From assembly GCA_002297545.1 (NCBI GenBank), contig DBLZ01000042.1, positions 2,374 through 66,373 on the forward strand: 64,000 bases of DNA, given 5' to 3'. Below, one piece after another: positions 46,078 to 55,054 of this stretch. Position 1 is the stretch's first letter, and the number at the start of each line of letters is the position of its first letter. The DNA comes from Prevotellaceae bacterium UBA711 (lineage in GTDB: Bacteria > Bacteroidota > Bacteroidia > Bacteroidales > Bacteroidaceae). Below the pieces are notes generated by a model. That model searched no databases, was not told the DNA's origin, and saw only the letters and a program-made list of their open reading frames with translations. Both the position numbers and the translations under genes were made by a program.

Positions 46078-48087
46078 TTATATGTCCCCAACAGCTTGTG
46101 CTGCCATATTTGTGGGCTGCCATTCGCAAGTCTCTTCTGTTTCATCTTGCACCGATGGTGTTGGCAACACAAGTTCTTCGGCCTCCTCTTCTTCCTCCTC
46201 ATGCCGGACCGGTGCCACTCCCACCCTACCGATGGCATGGTCGCTCAAGTATTTGTCAAAATGGCTCACAATCTTATTCTGCTCGGTATTCTTGCGCTTA
46301 TCATCCTCTGTCTGTTCAGCCAGTACTCGGTTGAAGGTTTCTACCGGGCGTACCTTGTCAATATATCGGTCATTCTGGTACAGGAAGACATCCGTGGGCT
46401 TTCCCTCTTCATCCGGCAGGTAGTAGGCTGTCACTTTGCGATTGTTTGGTTCCAGTTTCTCCAGCACCTCCGGGCCGCTCAGCCACCAGTCTCCGTATGC
46501 CACACGCACCGTACTGTTCCGTCTGATGCTTGTCTCCACTCTCTCGCCAATATATCGGCTCAGAGTCAATTTGTCCAACGGACGCAAGGTCGGATTTATT
46601 TTGGCCACCAGAACATCCCAGCGGGTCATGCCCGGATATTTCTTCTGGTTAGGGTGCAGCGTGTGGTTCCACTCTGCGCAGTCCCGGCGGTCATCAGCCA
46701 CCAGTTCCTCAAAGGTGTAGTATTTCCTGTCCTCGTATGTGTGGTTGTCACTGTCGCTCACTTTCTTTGGGTCCACACGCCTTGCTCCCTTGTTGTGCCA
46801 ACGGCCGATACATTCGTGATTCTTGTGTGCTATGGTGGTCTTGAACGCACCGTTCAAAGCCTCTGCATATTTCTCCTGTGAGTTCTGAGGGGCGCAAAAG
46901 CGCACAAAGCGGAACATTTCACCGGCTTTCAGAAAGCCCTCCTTATATTGGCTCATCAGATGCTGCTCTACCTCTATACCCGCAGGCATTCCCCAGCCAT
47001 TGCGCTCTATCAGGCGGAACATATCCCTGAAACAGGCCACCACCAGGGCATCGTCTTTCTTTCTGCCATAGGCCAGACCCACACGGCACTGGCTCACCAC
47101 ATCGTAGGCATAGTATGCGTGGACATATTCGCCGCCCTTCATGCGACGTGGCAGGTCCACGTCATCCATAGTAATCTGCGACAAGCTGAACTCACCACCA
47201 TGGCGGTGCATGTGTGGCATTTGCTCATGGTAGAACTCACTCCAGCCACGACGAACTTTCTCCAGCAGCACGCTGTTGGAAGGCTTGTTCAGTATGTTTC
47301 GGATAGTACTCTCGCTCAATTCCTTCGGGTCACCGTTCTTGTCGGTAAATTCGTCTGGATTAAAAACCTCGCCGGTCTCCATATCCCATACGTCCAATTC
47401 TCCACATACAAAGGAAATATACATCTCATGTACATCGCTGCCGTATGGCTGATTGGGCAGGGCGGAGATGCTCATCACCAGACGCTCGGTCTTGTGGTCC
47501 ACCTTTCTCGCACATTGATTGCCGAACTTACCACTGATAAGGCACTCGTAGCCATACTGCTTATATTCGTTCACTTTCTTGCGGAAACGCAGGGGACTGG
47601 CCGGAAGGTCGTGCCCGAATTCCTCACGCAGTGTCTCTATGGTAGTGGCCATCTTGCCCCAGTCATACTTCTCGCCCATCAGCTTCCTGTAGTCCCTACT
47701 GCGGTTGTACAGTTTGATGCAAGTGTTCAGTACCGAGGCATTTACCGCATACTTCTGTGCGAGTCTGGCAGAAGCCTTGTCGCTGCGCTGCCTGGCTGAC
47801 CAATCCATAAAATAAGCAACGGCTGCCTGGTCAAGCTCATAATTGGACACTATCCAACCACGCAGCAGCACGGCATCGCCACCAGGATACTTTTCCTCAA
47901 CCTTTTTCTTATAGGTGGTAGGCAGACTATCTACAACAACCAGAGCATAGTTGCCTTTGCCCCCGCCGGGACGGGCTACTTTCAGCCTATTACGTGCGGC
48001 AAGCTGGCGACAGTAATCCTGTGTCAGGATACCGTCAGTCTCAAGTTCACGTACCGATATGCAAAGTTTGTTGTCGAAAAACTCCAT
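46078..48087 (-). CDS. MuA-like DDE transposase
   Basis: 669 aa, N-terminal winged-HTH-like region. Position between the Ner-like and MuB-like genes. The central region resembles an rve/DDE core. Catalytic residues not assigned. Confidence 0.75.
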   Translation of the reverse strand: MEFFDNKLCISVRELETDGILTQDYCRQLAARNRLKVARPGGGKGNYALVVVDSLPTTYKKKVEEKYPGGDAVLLRGWIVSNYELDQAAVAYFMDWSARQRSDKASARLAQKYAVNASVLNTCIKLYNRSRDYRKLMGEKYDWGKMATTIETLREEFGHDLPASPLRFRKKVNEYKQYGYECLISGKFGNQCARKVDHKTERLVMSISALPNQPYGSDVHEMYISFVCGELDVWDMETGEVFNPDEFTDKNGDPKELSESTIRNILNKPSNSVLLEKVRRGWSEFYHEQMPHMHRHGGEFSLSQITMDDVDLPRRMKGGEYVHAYYAYDVVSQCRVGLAYGRKKDDALVVACFRDMFRLIERNGWGMPAGIEVEQHLMSQYKEGFLKAGEMFRFVRFCAPQNSQEKYAEALNGAFKTTIAHKNHECIGRWHNKGARRVDPKKVSDSDNHTYEDRKYYTFEELVADDRRDCAEWNHTLHPNQKKYPGMTRWDVLVAKINPTLRPLDKLTLSRYIGERVETSIRRNSTVRVAYGDWWLSGPEVLEKLEPNNRKVTAYYLPDEEGKPTDVFLYQNDRYIDKVRPVETFNRVLAEQTEDDKRKNTEQNKIVSHFDKYLSDHAIGRVGVAPVRHEEEEEEAEELVLPTPSVQDETEETCEWQPTNMAAQAVGDI

Positions 48088-48099
48088 ACCTAAATCTCC

Positions 48100-48471
48100 C
48101 TATCTCAATGCAGCAGCAAATTCCTGTATCCCGTCAATATCTGTAAGGGCCACGTTCTCATACGTCTTCACTCTTCTTCCCTTATATATCACAGCACCTG
48201 TACCGTTGTTACGGTCAAGTTCCACGTGTGCCCCATTAGGGTAGTACTGGTGCATCACCTTGTCATAGTCGTGGAACATCTCCATCACCGGAGAAGTTGC
48301 CATCAGTATGCCGCCTCTCTCAAATGCTATGCTACGTATTTTCTTCGCCTTGTCTGCATTGCAGCGCTTCTCATCAAAATGCAACGCATACAATACGTAA
48401 CGCTCCGTCACTCCAAATGCCTTCGCGATAAACGCGCGGTCTGTCTTCGCAATGTGAATGTACTTATCCAT
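48100..48471 (-). CDS. Ner/Cro-like early regulator
   Basis: First gene of the early operon, divergent from the repressor. N-terminal HTH FIAKAFGVTERYVLYAL. Confidence 0.5.
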   Translation of the reverse strand: MDKYIHIAKTDRAFIAKAFGVTERYVLYALHFDEKRCNADKAKKIRSIAFERGGILMATSPVMEMFHDYDKVMHQYYPNGAHVELDRNNGTGAVIYKGRRVKTYENVALTDIDGIQEFAAALR

Positions 48472-48532
48472 ATCTCACTTATTTTGTTGGTTGATTTAAT
48501 CCTTAAAATTCGCTAATCTCGCCTTTTTTCTG

Positions 48533-48574
48533 TACCTTTGGGGGCGCGTTCTCTCTGAACACGCTGCAAAGATA
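48533..48574. promoter_or_regulatory. lysis-lysogeny switch: face-to-face TAnnTTTG elements flanking an imperfect palindrome
   Basis: TACCTTTG (+, 48533-48540) and TATCTTTG (-, 48567-48574). Between them lies gcgcgttc-tctct-gaacacgc (48544-48564, 7/8 arms). Confidence 0.4.
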
Positions 48575-48591
48575 CAATACTTTTCGCCATT

Positions 48592-49272
48592 ATGCAAGAC
48601 CAAGAGCAATATATTTCGCCAATAAAGCAAAGAATTTTGCATTTTGCCTCTACTTTAGGCATTAGCAAGCGTGATTTCTACACAAAAATTGGGGTTTCAA
48701 GGGGTACGCTTGAAAGTAAAACTGGCATAACCGAGGATGTGATAACAAAATTTTTCACCACCTATCCCAATGTAAGTATTGTGTGGCTTATGACTGGTAG
48801 GGGGGGAATGCTTAGCCAAACAGAACTTTCCGAAGCAACAACAGACATTCCTGTGGCACATCACACGGACGACCCCAAGGATGGCATCCCCCTCATCCCA
48901 TTAGAAGCAATGGCAGGAGAACTCACAGGAGAACTGCCTGTATTAGAATACGAATGTGAGCGTTATGTTGTCCCAGTATTCAAAGGTGCAGACTACCTTA
49001 TACCAGTGAAAGGTTCAAGCATGTATCCCAAATACAGCTCTGGAGATATTGTAGCATGCCAACGCGTACCAATGTCCAACCTCTTTTTTCAGTGGAACAA
49101 AGTCTACGTCATCAACACAAATCAAGGTCCGCTCATCAAACGTATCAAACCAGGTAACACACCGGACCATGTCCTCATCGTTTCCGACAATGAGAAATAT
49201 GACCCTTTTGAACTCCCTCTCTCTGCCATCTACTCCGTTTCACTTGTCATAGGCGTCATCAGATTAGAATAG
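48592..49272 (+). CDS. prophage repressor, XRE-type HTH plus S24 (LexA-like) peptidase domain
   Basis: 226 aa. N-terminal HTH. C-terminal VKGSSMYP (Ser) and LIKRIK (Lys) dyad. Confidence 0.8.
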   Translation: MQDQEQYISPIKQRILHFASTLGISKRDFYTKIGVSRGTLESKTGITEDVITKFFTTYPNVSIVWLMTGRGGMLSQTELSEATTDIPVAHHTDDPKDGIPLIPLEAMAGELTGELPVLEYECERYVVPVFKGADYLIPVKGSSMYPKYSSGDIVACQRVPMSNLFFQWNKVYVINTNQGPLIKRIKPGNTPDHVLIVSDNEKYDPFELPLSAIYSVSLVIGVIRLE

Positions 49273-49279
49273 CATTATT

Positions 49280-49984
49280 ATGGGAGCAGTCATTATCATC
49301 CTTGTCATAGTACTATTCTTCCTTCTTGTAAGCCTAAAAGGAAAGAATGGAATGATTGATACTACAGCACAAACGCAGGACTCCAGACACATGCAATGGA
49401 AAGATAACCCCAATGAGTCTGTTGTTAAAATAAAAGTGGTACCTACATACAGTTCCAATAGGGAGAAACGCAATAAGCGAGATAAAAGACATAAAAGACA
49501 ACATCGAATATGGACTGTATTACATTTTATGGAAGCTTATGACAAGTTAATGTATAGCCAAAATTTTTATGACCTTACATCTAACACCAACGAGTATAAT
49601 GATGCCAAGGCTCAAATGCGCAAAGAGCATATTACCCAAGAAGACATAGAAGTAGCTGTACGATTCTGTCGTATGGAATGTTTCTATGGCACATGCGACC
49701 ATCCACTCAGCCCCCAAGAGGTAAGCGACATACAAAACTGGCAAAACATAGCTATTGACGAGGAAGCACTTCTGAATAATGTTCTTTTGGCGTATGAAAA
49801 GTATTGGAATAGCGTCCTAAATGCTTACAAAAGAACATACGCAAGAAAAAATAGATTATCATACTTAGTCATTAACCTTGATGAACTCATGACATCGCCA
49901 CAAATACAAAAGTACCCTACAATAATCACCAAGATGTCAGAACTCCAAAGCAGGTATGCAGATGAGCTCAACAAAGAGGGCTAA
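49280..49984 (+). CDS. membrane-anchored hypothetical protein co-oriented with the repressor (moron candidate)
   Basis: 234 aa. N-terminal TM AVIIILVIVLFFLLV. AT-rich relative to the rest of the prophage. Starts 8 nt after the repressor stop. Confidence 0.45.
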   Translation: MGAVIIILVIVLFFLLVSLKGKNGMIDTTAQTQDSRHMQWKDNPNESVVKIKVVPTYSSNREKRNKRDKRHKRQHRIWTVLHFMEAYDKLMYSQNFYDLTSNTNEYNDAKAQMRKEHITQEDIEVAVRFCRMECFYGTCDHPLSPQEVSDIQNWQNIAIDEEALLNNVLLAYEKYWNSVLNAYKRTYARKNRLSYLVINLDELMTSPQIQKYPTIITKMSELQSRYADELNKEG

Positions 49985-50269
49985 CCACTTTTACAGCGAT
50001 GCTTTTACTCTTCCTCCAGACCACACATCGTCTTGAGTAGTACGAAGCGTATCACCCCCTCCCCCTCCAAAACGCATAAATTCCCCTTAGCCCCCCCTCC
50101 GCACTTCGCCAAAAAGCCACGAATTATCTTGATTTATGCGACATTACGAGCTTCGTCCTACAAAACTGTATGGCTTTTAGGGTAGGTCTATCACGCGAAA
50201 AAACGGGGGTATCTTTGAAAAAGTAGTACTTTTGCCCCCCTCCCGTGCGTACCCTCAAAACCCACTTTT

Positions 50270-50324
50270 GTCACTCCAAACATAAAAAAGTGTCACTCCA
50301 AAGTGTCACCCCTTTTGTCACCCC
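50270..50324 (+). repeat. four direct TGTCAC(T/C)CC repeats
   Basis: gtcactcc at 50270 and 50292; gtcacccc at 50305 and 50317. Confidence 0.7.
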
Positions 50325-50564
50325 ACTCCCTCAAAACGCGACTTTTGGGCACCACTCCGCACACCACACCAACCCAGCACCCAAGAGTGCCAACAAAACC
50401 CCACGCACAGCCCCTACACACGCATTTATCTATATGTATCAATAGATTAGCCCTGCGGGCATAAAAAAGGCCATAGGCGTAAACCTACAGCCAACAGAAG
50501 TAAAGCAGATGCAAGCCCCTCCCCCCACTCTACTCCATCAAAAGTAAACCAAAATTAAAGCAAT

Positions 50565-50675
50565 GTAAACGCTTCGTTTTACGCCACCATTCCCCCCATC
50601 CCACTCTAACTCTTTAAGTACTAGAGTATTTAGGCTACGCTAAGGCACAATCGAACATATACGCTTCGTTCTGTG
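50565..50675 (-). promoter_or_regulatory. attL-like prophage end: terminal and sub-terminal transposase-site repeats
   Basis: On the minus strand: cagaACGAAgcGTatatg (core 50665-50669) and aaaaACGAAgcGTttaca (core 50573-50577), 92 bp apart. This resembles the split L1/L2 spacing of Mu attL. Confidence 0.55.
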
Positions 50676-52525
50676 CCCCATAGTTTGTTGTCGAAGGCCA
50701 ACGTACCCTTGAGCATCATCTGCGGCCTCAACAAATAGTCTGCCTCCATGAACGAACGCATAAGCGCAAGTGTGCGTGTGGCAAGTGTATCCAGCGCAGC
50801 TCTGCGATAACGTGTCCGCTCGCGTATGATGCTTGCCCTCATGGAGCGTTTCATGCTGAATCGCCCCTTCTTGTAGGTGGACTCCATCGTAAAGGAGTTG
50901 TCCCAATTGTTGTCCCTGCGGCACGCGCTGTTCTCCAGGTCGGGAGTACCGTCGCGCCATCGCCGGTCGTCGAGGCTGCTGTATATGTAGGACGACTCCC
51001 ACATGCCGTGGAACATGGTACGCTTGCCCGTAGCACCGTTGAAGTCCAGCCCCATAGTCGCGTTCAAGCGGTGGTGCGGCGTACTGAAACGCTGGCTGTC
51101 CGTGATGACCGTGCCATGCCTGAAGTACTGATATTCGCCCTGCGACCATCCTTCTTCCTTGGCGTTGTCGTAGTCCACACGCACGATGGCCGCCACGGAG
51201 CTTTTCTTGAAATAGTGTGTCAGGCGGGTGTTGCCCTTCACGTTGACGCCCTCGGTTGTGGCCATAGCATTACAGGTGGATGCGTTGACCTCAGTTCCCG
51301 GGCCCTCTGCCTCCATGGTCTCCAGTTCGGAGAAATCATCCCTGCGTCCACGCGCGTAAGCGACATTCATGTCCACGGTGAGCGTGTTCCTCTGTCCAAG
51401 GTTAAAGTACGAGGCAAAGTCCAAAGGCACCTTCAGGTTGTGCGTGTAAACCCGCGACGTGGTCATCCGCCGTATGGGCGTGGCATCGTGGACAAAGGCA
51501 AGCATACTCTCCCACCCCTCCCCGGTCTCGTCCCAATGGTTGGCACCCGCGGTGATGTCCCATCGGCTGTCGCGCTTCACCTCGTAGCCGGGCTTCCACA
51601 GGTGGCGGTAGGCCACGGCTCCCACCTGCTGGCGTATGGGAAGACAGGCCTGACGGAAGCCGCGTCCGTTTATCGTCCTGTAGTCCACACGCTCGGGGTC
51701 GTTGGCCACGCGAGCGTAGACCATAAAGGGATCTGTGTCGCTCAACTTCGTCGCATCGATGTTGACGGCATACTCCTTGCCGGCATATACCTTGGCCTGT
51801 GCCTCGGTATGGAACCTGTCCATGAAGCCGGGCTTTATCCTGACGTCCAGCACACGCTCCTCGTTGCCATCCGCCACTCCGGTCCTCTCCTGCAACTCGC
51901 CGGAGCGGCCATACGCCTGAACGCTCTCCACGGCCTTCACTGGCACCATGTTCAGCAGCATGGCCTCGTCCAGGGCGTCACGACCATTCATCATCATCTT
52001 CAGCGACTCACCGTCCCACAGGAGCTTGCCATCCCGTATGCTCACGCCGGGCAGCCTCTCTATCAGGGCCACGAGCCTGTCGCCTTCCTCCATATTGAAG
52101 GCATCGGGATTGAACACCACAGTATCGCCCCTCATGTAGAAGCGCCTCATCCGGGCATCCACGGCCACCTCGCGCATCAACTCTGCACCGGGTCGCAGGT
52201 ATATGGTGTCCGGACTTATGGTATCGTTTCCACTCATGCCTATCCGTCGGACCGGCTCGGAACCGTAGCCAAAGTACTTGGCCGTTATGGCAAGGATGTT
52301 TCCGGCCTGCATCGGACAATAGAAGCATCCGGCCGTGTCCGCCGTCAGCGTATAGCTCATGTTGCCCTTTTCCGAGGCACTCTCCGTCACCTCTATTCGT
52401 ACCCCGGAGAGCTGTTCCCCGGTTTCAGCATCCACAACACGGCCTTTGAGGATCTCGGCCCTGGCAGACAGCAATGCCACAGACATGATGGCGAAGAGCA
52501 ACCACGCCTTCTTCATCGGCATCAT
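50676..52525 (-). pseudogene. N-terminal fragment of the outer-membrane beta-barrel gene split by the prophage
   Basis: Signal peptide, then a carboxypeptidase-regulatory-like domain (ILKGRVVDAETGEQLSGVRIEV), then barrel strands. The frame runs into the prophage end and stops at 50630. Confidence 0.75.
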
Positions 52526-52526
52526 G

Positions 52527-52973
52527 TCACAACAGGACCTTCACTATCAGCTTGCGCTGGCGTCCCCGGCCTATGAGCGGAGCATGGGCGTCCTCGGGGA
52601 AGACGGCCATAAACTCGCCCGGATGCACGGGAATGTGCGTCACGTCCGTATCGGCATAGAGGGCAAAGTCTCCGGCCTCGTCAAAGGGAGCTTCGCTGTC
52701 GCCCAGATCGGAGAGGTGCTTCCACCCTATAGTTTCGGTCTGTGCCAGGGGCACGTGGATGTCTATGTAGCGGCGATGCACTTCCAACTTCTGGCTCTCG
52801 GGAGCCAGCAGTTCCGTCTCGCAGACGTTGATGAACAGGCGATCGCCGTCCAGCTCTATGCGCCCGGCGGGCACAGCGGAAAGGTCGTGGGAAGTGATGT
52901 ACTCGAATGCCCGGCGGAACAATGGGTGCATGGCCTCATAACGCGGGCTGTCACATAGTTTTGCTAATATCAT
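52527..52973 (-). CDS. YhcH/YjgK/YiaL family protein (sialic-acid-associated, NanQ-like)
   Basis: 148 aa. ..GRIELDGDRLFINV...HRRYIDIHV.. family pattern. Located in the nan context. Confidence 0.75.
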   Translation of the reverse strand: MILAKLCDSPRYEAMHPLFRRAFEYITSHDLSAVPAGRIELDGDRLFINVCETELLAPESQKLEVHRRYIDIHVPLAQTETIGWKHLSDLGDSEAPFDEAGDFALYADTDVTHIPVHPGEFMAVFPEDAHAPLIGRGRQRKLIVKVLL

Positions 52974-53030
52974 ATCGGTATGTTTCTTTTTGGGGGTGTA
53001 TTGTGTATGTTTCTTGCATGCGCGTGGAGG

Positions 53031-54272
53031 CTACTGAAGGTCTGTCCCTACCTCGCCACGACGTTCGTACATCTCCGCCGTGGCGGTGAAGATGACATCG
53101 GCACTGGAGTTGATGGCCGTCTCCACAGAGTCCTGTACCACGCCGATGATGAAGCCCACGGCCACCACCTGCATGGCTATATCATTGCTGATGCCAAACA
53201 GTGCGCAGGCCATGGGGATGAGCAGCAGCGACCCTCCGGCCACGCCCGAGGCTCCGCAAGCTCCCAGCGTTGCCAAAATGCAGAGCACCAGCGCACTGGC
53301 CAAAGACACATCTATACCCATGGTATAGCACGTGGCCATGGTCATGGTGGTGATGGTCACGGCCGCACCGTTCATGTTGATGGTACAGCCCAAGGGGATG
53401 CTGACGGAGTAGAAGTTCTCGTCCAGCCCCATACTTTTGCACAAGGCCATGTTCACAGGGATGTTGGCAGCCGAGGAGCGCGTGAAGAATGCGCTGACGG
53501 CACTCTCGCGCAGGCAACGGAGCACCAGAGGATAGGGATTGCGACGGAGCATGACGGCCACTATAAGCGGATTGACCACCAGGGCCACCAGCAACATGCA
53601 GCCAACCAGCAGCAGGAGCAACCGACCGTAGGTGGTGAAAATGTGCAGACCACTCTCCGACACGGTGCTGAAGACCAAACCCATAATGCCGAAAGGGGCA
53701 CACTGGATGACCCACCGCACCACGGTGGATATGGTCTCGGCCCACTCCGCCACGATGTCTATAGTGCCGGGCGAGGCGGTCTTCTTCAGGGCCAGCCCTA
53801 TGATGATGGCCCATAGCAGTATGCTCAGGTAGTTGGCCCCGGCCACAGCCTCCACAGGGTTGCTCATGAGATTGCGGGCTATGGTGGAGAAGACATCACC
53901 CAGCTGCTGCGGTGCCTGACTTTCGGCGCCGGAGATTCCCGTCAGGATCATCTCCACGGGGAGCAGGCGGCTGGCCATGACAGCCAGGGTGGCGGCCAAC
54001 AGGGTGCTGACCATATATAGTCCGATGACGGTACGGAAGCGGCCGCCGATGCCGGCACGTGCCCGGGCTACTGAGGATACCACCAGCACAGCCACCAGCA
54101 CCGGGGCTATGGCCTTCAGGGCACCTACGAACAAGATACCGGGAATGGCCACGGGGTGGAACCCAGGCACTGTGAGCGCCAGAACAGTGCCCACGGCTAT
54201 GCCTATGACTATCCTCAACATCAGGTTCATGCCCTGCCATGCGCCGACGACGCGCGAAAGAACTTTCTTCAT
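53031..54272 (-). CDS. sstT: serine/threonine:sodium symporter (DAACS family)
   Basis: 413 aa polytopic protein. The N-terminus and the FFTRSSAANIPVN motif are typical of SstT. Confidence 0.85.
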   Translation of the reverse strand: MKKVLSRVVGAWQGMNLMLRIVIGIAVGTVLALTVPGFHPVAIPGILFVGALKAIAPVLVAVLVVSSVARARAGIGGRFRTVIGLYMVSTLLAATLAVMASRLLPVEMILTGISGAESQAPQQLGDVFSTIARNLMSNPVEAVAGANYLSILLWAIIIGLALKKTASPGTIDIVAEWAETISTVVRWVIQCAPFGIMGLVFSTVSESGLHIFTTYGRLLLLLVGCMLLVALVVNPLIVAVMLRRNPYPLVLRCLRESAVSAFFTRSSAANIPVNMALCKSMGLDENFYSVSIPLGCTINMNGAAVTITTMTMATCYTMGIDVSLASALVLCILATLGACGASGVAGGSLLLIPMACALFGISNDIAMQVVAVGFIIGVVQDSVETAINSSADVIFTATAEMYERRGEVGTDLQ

Positions 54273-54321
54273 GTGTATGTCATTTATGACGGCACTCGGG
54301 AACCCGCTCCCACGAGCACGC

Positions 54322-54984
54322 TCAATCTATGAAACGGTACTTGAACTTGTCACGCGGCTTGGCCTCGGGAGCCTCATCAGCATAGCCGAATCCTACGCAG
54401 AGGCTCAGCTCGTAGCCCTCGCTGAAGCCCAGGCGCTGCAAGAGCGGAGCGCACAGGTCGTTGTCGGTGAGGAAGCGTACGGGACTGCCAAGACAAACGG
54501 AGCCTACGCCCTTGCTCCAGGCCGAAAGCATCATGTTCCCGGCCAGCAGGCCACAGTCGTAAGCAGAAAAGTCGTAGGACAGATCGCGGGCGATGAACAC
54601 CATCACCGGGGCACCGCGAAAGCATCCGCCCACCATGGCGGAGTCAAGTTGCGGGTGTGCCTGTGCCATGGCGCGTGACATGTCGCCCAGCAAGCCGGGA
54701 TCATCCACCACACGTATCTCCCATGACTGCTTGTTCTGCCCGTTGGGTGCGTTTATGCCACAGTCCAGTATCTCGGTCATCAGTTCGCGAGGGACGGCCT
54801 CATCCTTGTACTTGCGTATGCTGCGGCGTGCCATGATGGTCTCCACAACCTGGTTGCGTTCCTCGCGAAGCTCTTCCTTGGCCATAGCGGTGTATGTCCA
54901 CCCGAACAGGCGGTCGCCCAGCAGCAGGAGCAGCATGAGGAGCGGCAGCCATGTGGTTATCATCTTAAGTTTCTTCATATCCAT
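54322..54984 (-). CDS. nitroreductase family protein
   Basis: 220 aa. ..IMARRSIRKYKDE...NAPNGQNKQSW.. nitroreductase fold motifs. N-terminal signal/TM. Confidence 0.8.
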   Translation of the reverse strand: MDMKKLKMITTWLPLLMLLLLLGDRLFGWTYTAMAKEELREERNQVVETIMARRSIRKYKDEAVPRELMTEILDCGINAPNGQNKQSWEIRVVDDPGLLGDMSRAMAQAHPQLDSAMVGGCFRGAPVMVFIARDLSYDFSAYDCGLLAGNMMLSAWSKGVGSVCLGSPVRFLTDNDLCAPLLQRLGFSEGYELSLCVGFGYADEAPEAKPRDKFKYRFID

Positions 54985-55054
54985 ATAGACGTGTTGATAC
55001 CGGACGTGTGCCCTGCCTATACATTATATAATAGGGCAAGGCACACGCACCTTG

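Larger units (their letters stand above)
10541..50675. mobile_element. Mu-like transposable prophage (~40.1 kb); boundaries +/- ~15 bp
   Basis: Repressor/Ner/MuA-like/MuB-like gene order, MuF, gpG-like and DUF935-like portal genes. The termini are inverted (CGCAAAACGAA.. / CACAGAACGAA..) and carry phased transposase-site repeats. The element interrupts a host OMP gene. Confidence 0.85.

Noticed and set aside
50245-50445. 66-aa ORF in the attL-proximal region
   Set aside because: The low-complexity Pro/His/Thr-rich translation is produced by the C-rich strand. It overlaps the TGTCAC repeats. No start context.
49985-50640. This noncoding stretch being host DNA rather than phage
   Set aside because: The OMP reading frame and the terminal and sub-terminal ACGAA..GT repeats place the phage/host junction at ~50676, so the stretch is internal to the prophage.
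53080-54678. Plus-strand and alternative-frame ORFs overlapping sstT
   Set aside because: The minus-strand 413-aa ORF has clear transporter motifs. The others are low-complexity Arg/His/Gly/Pro-rich translations.
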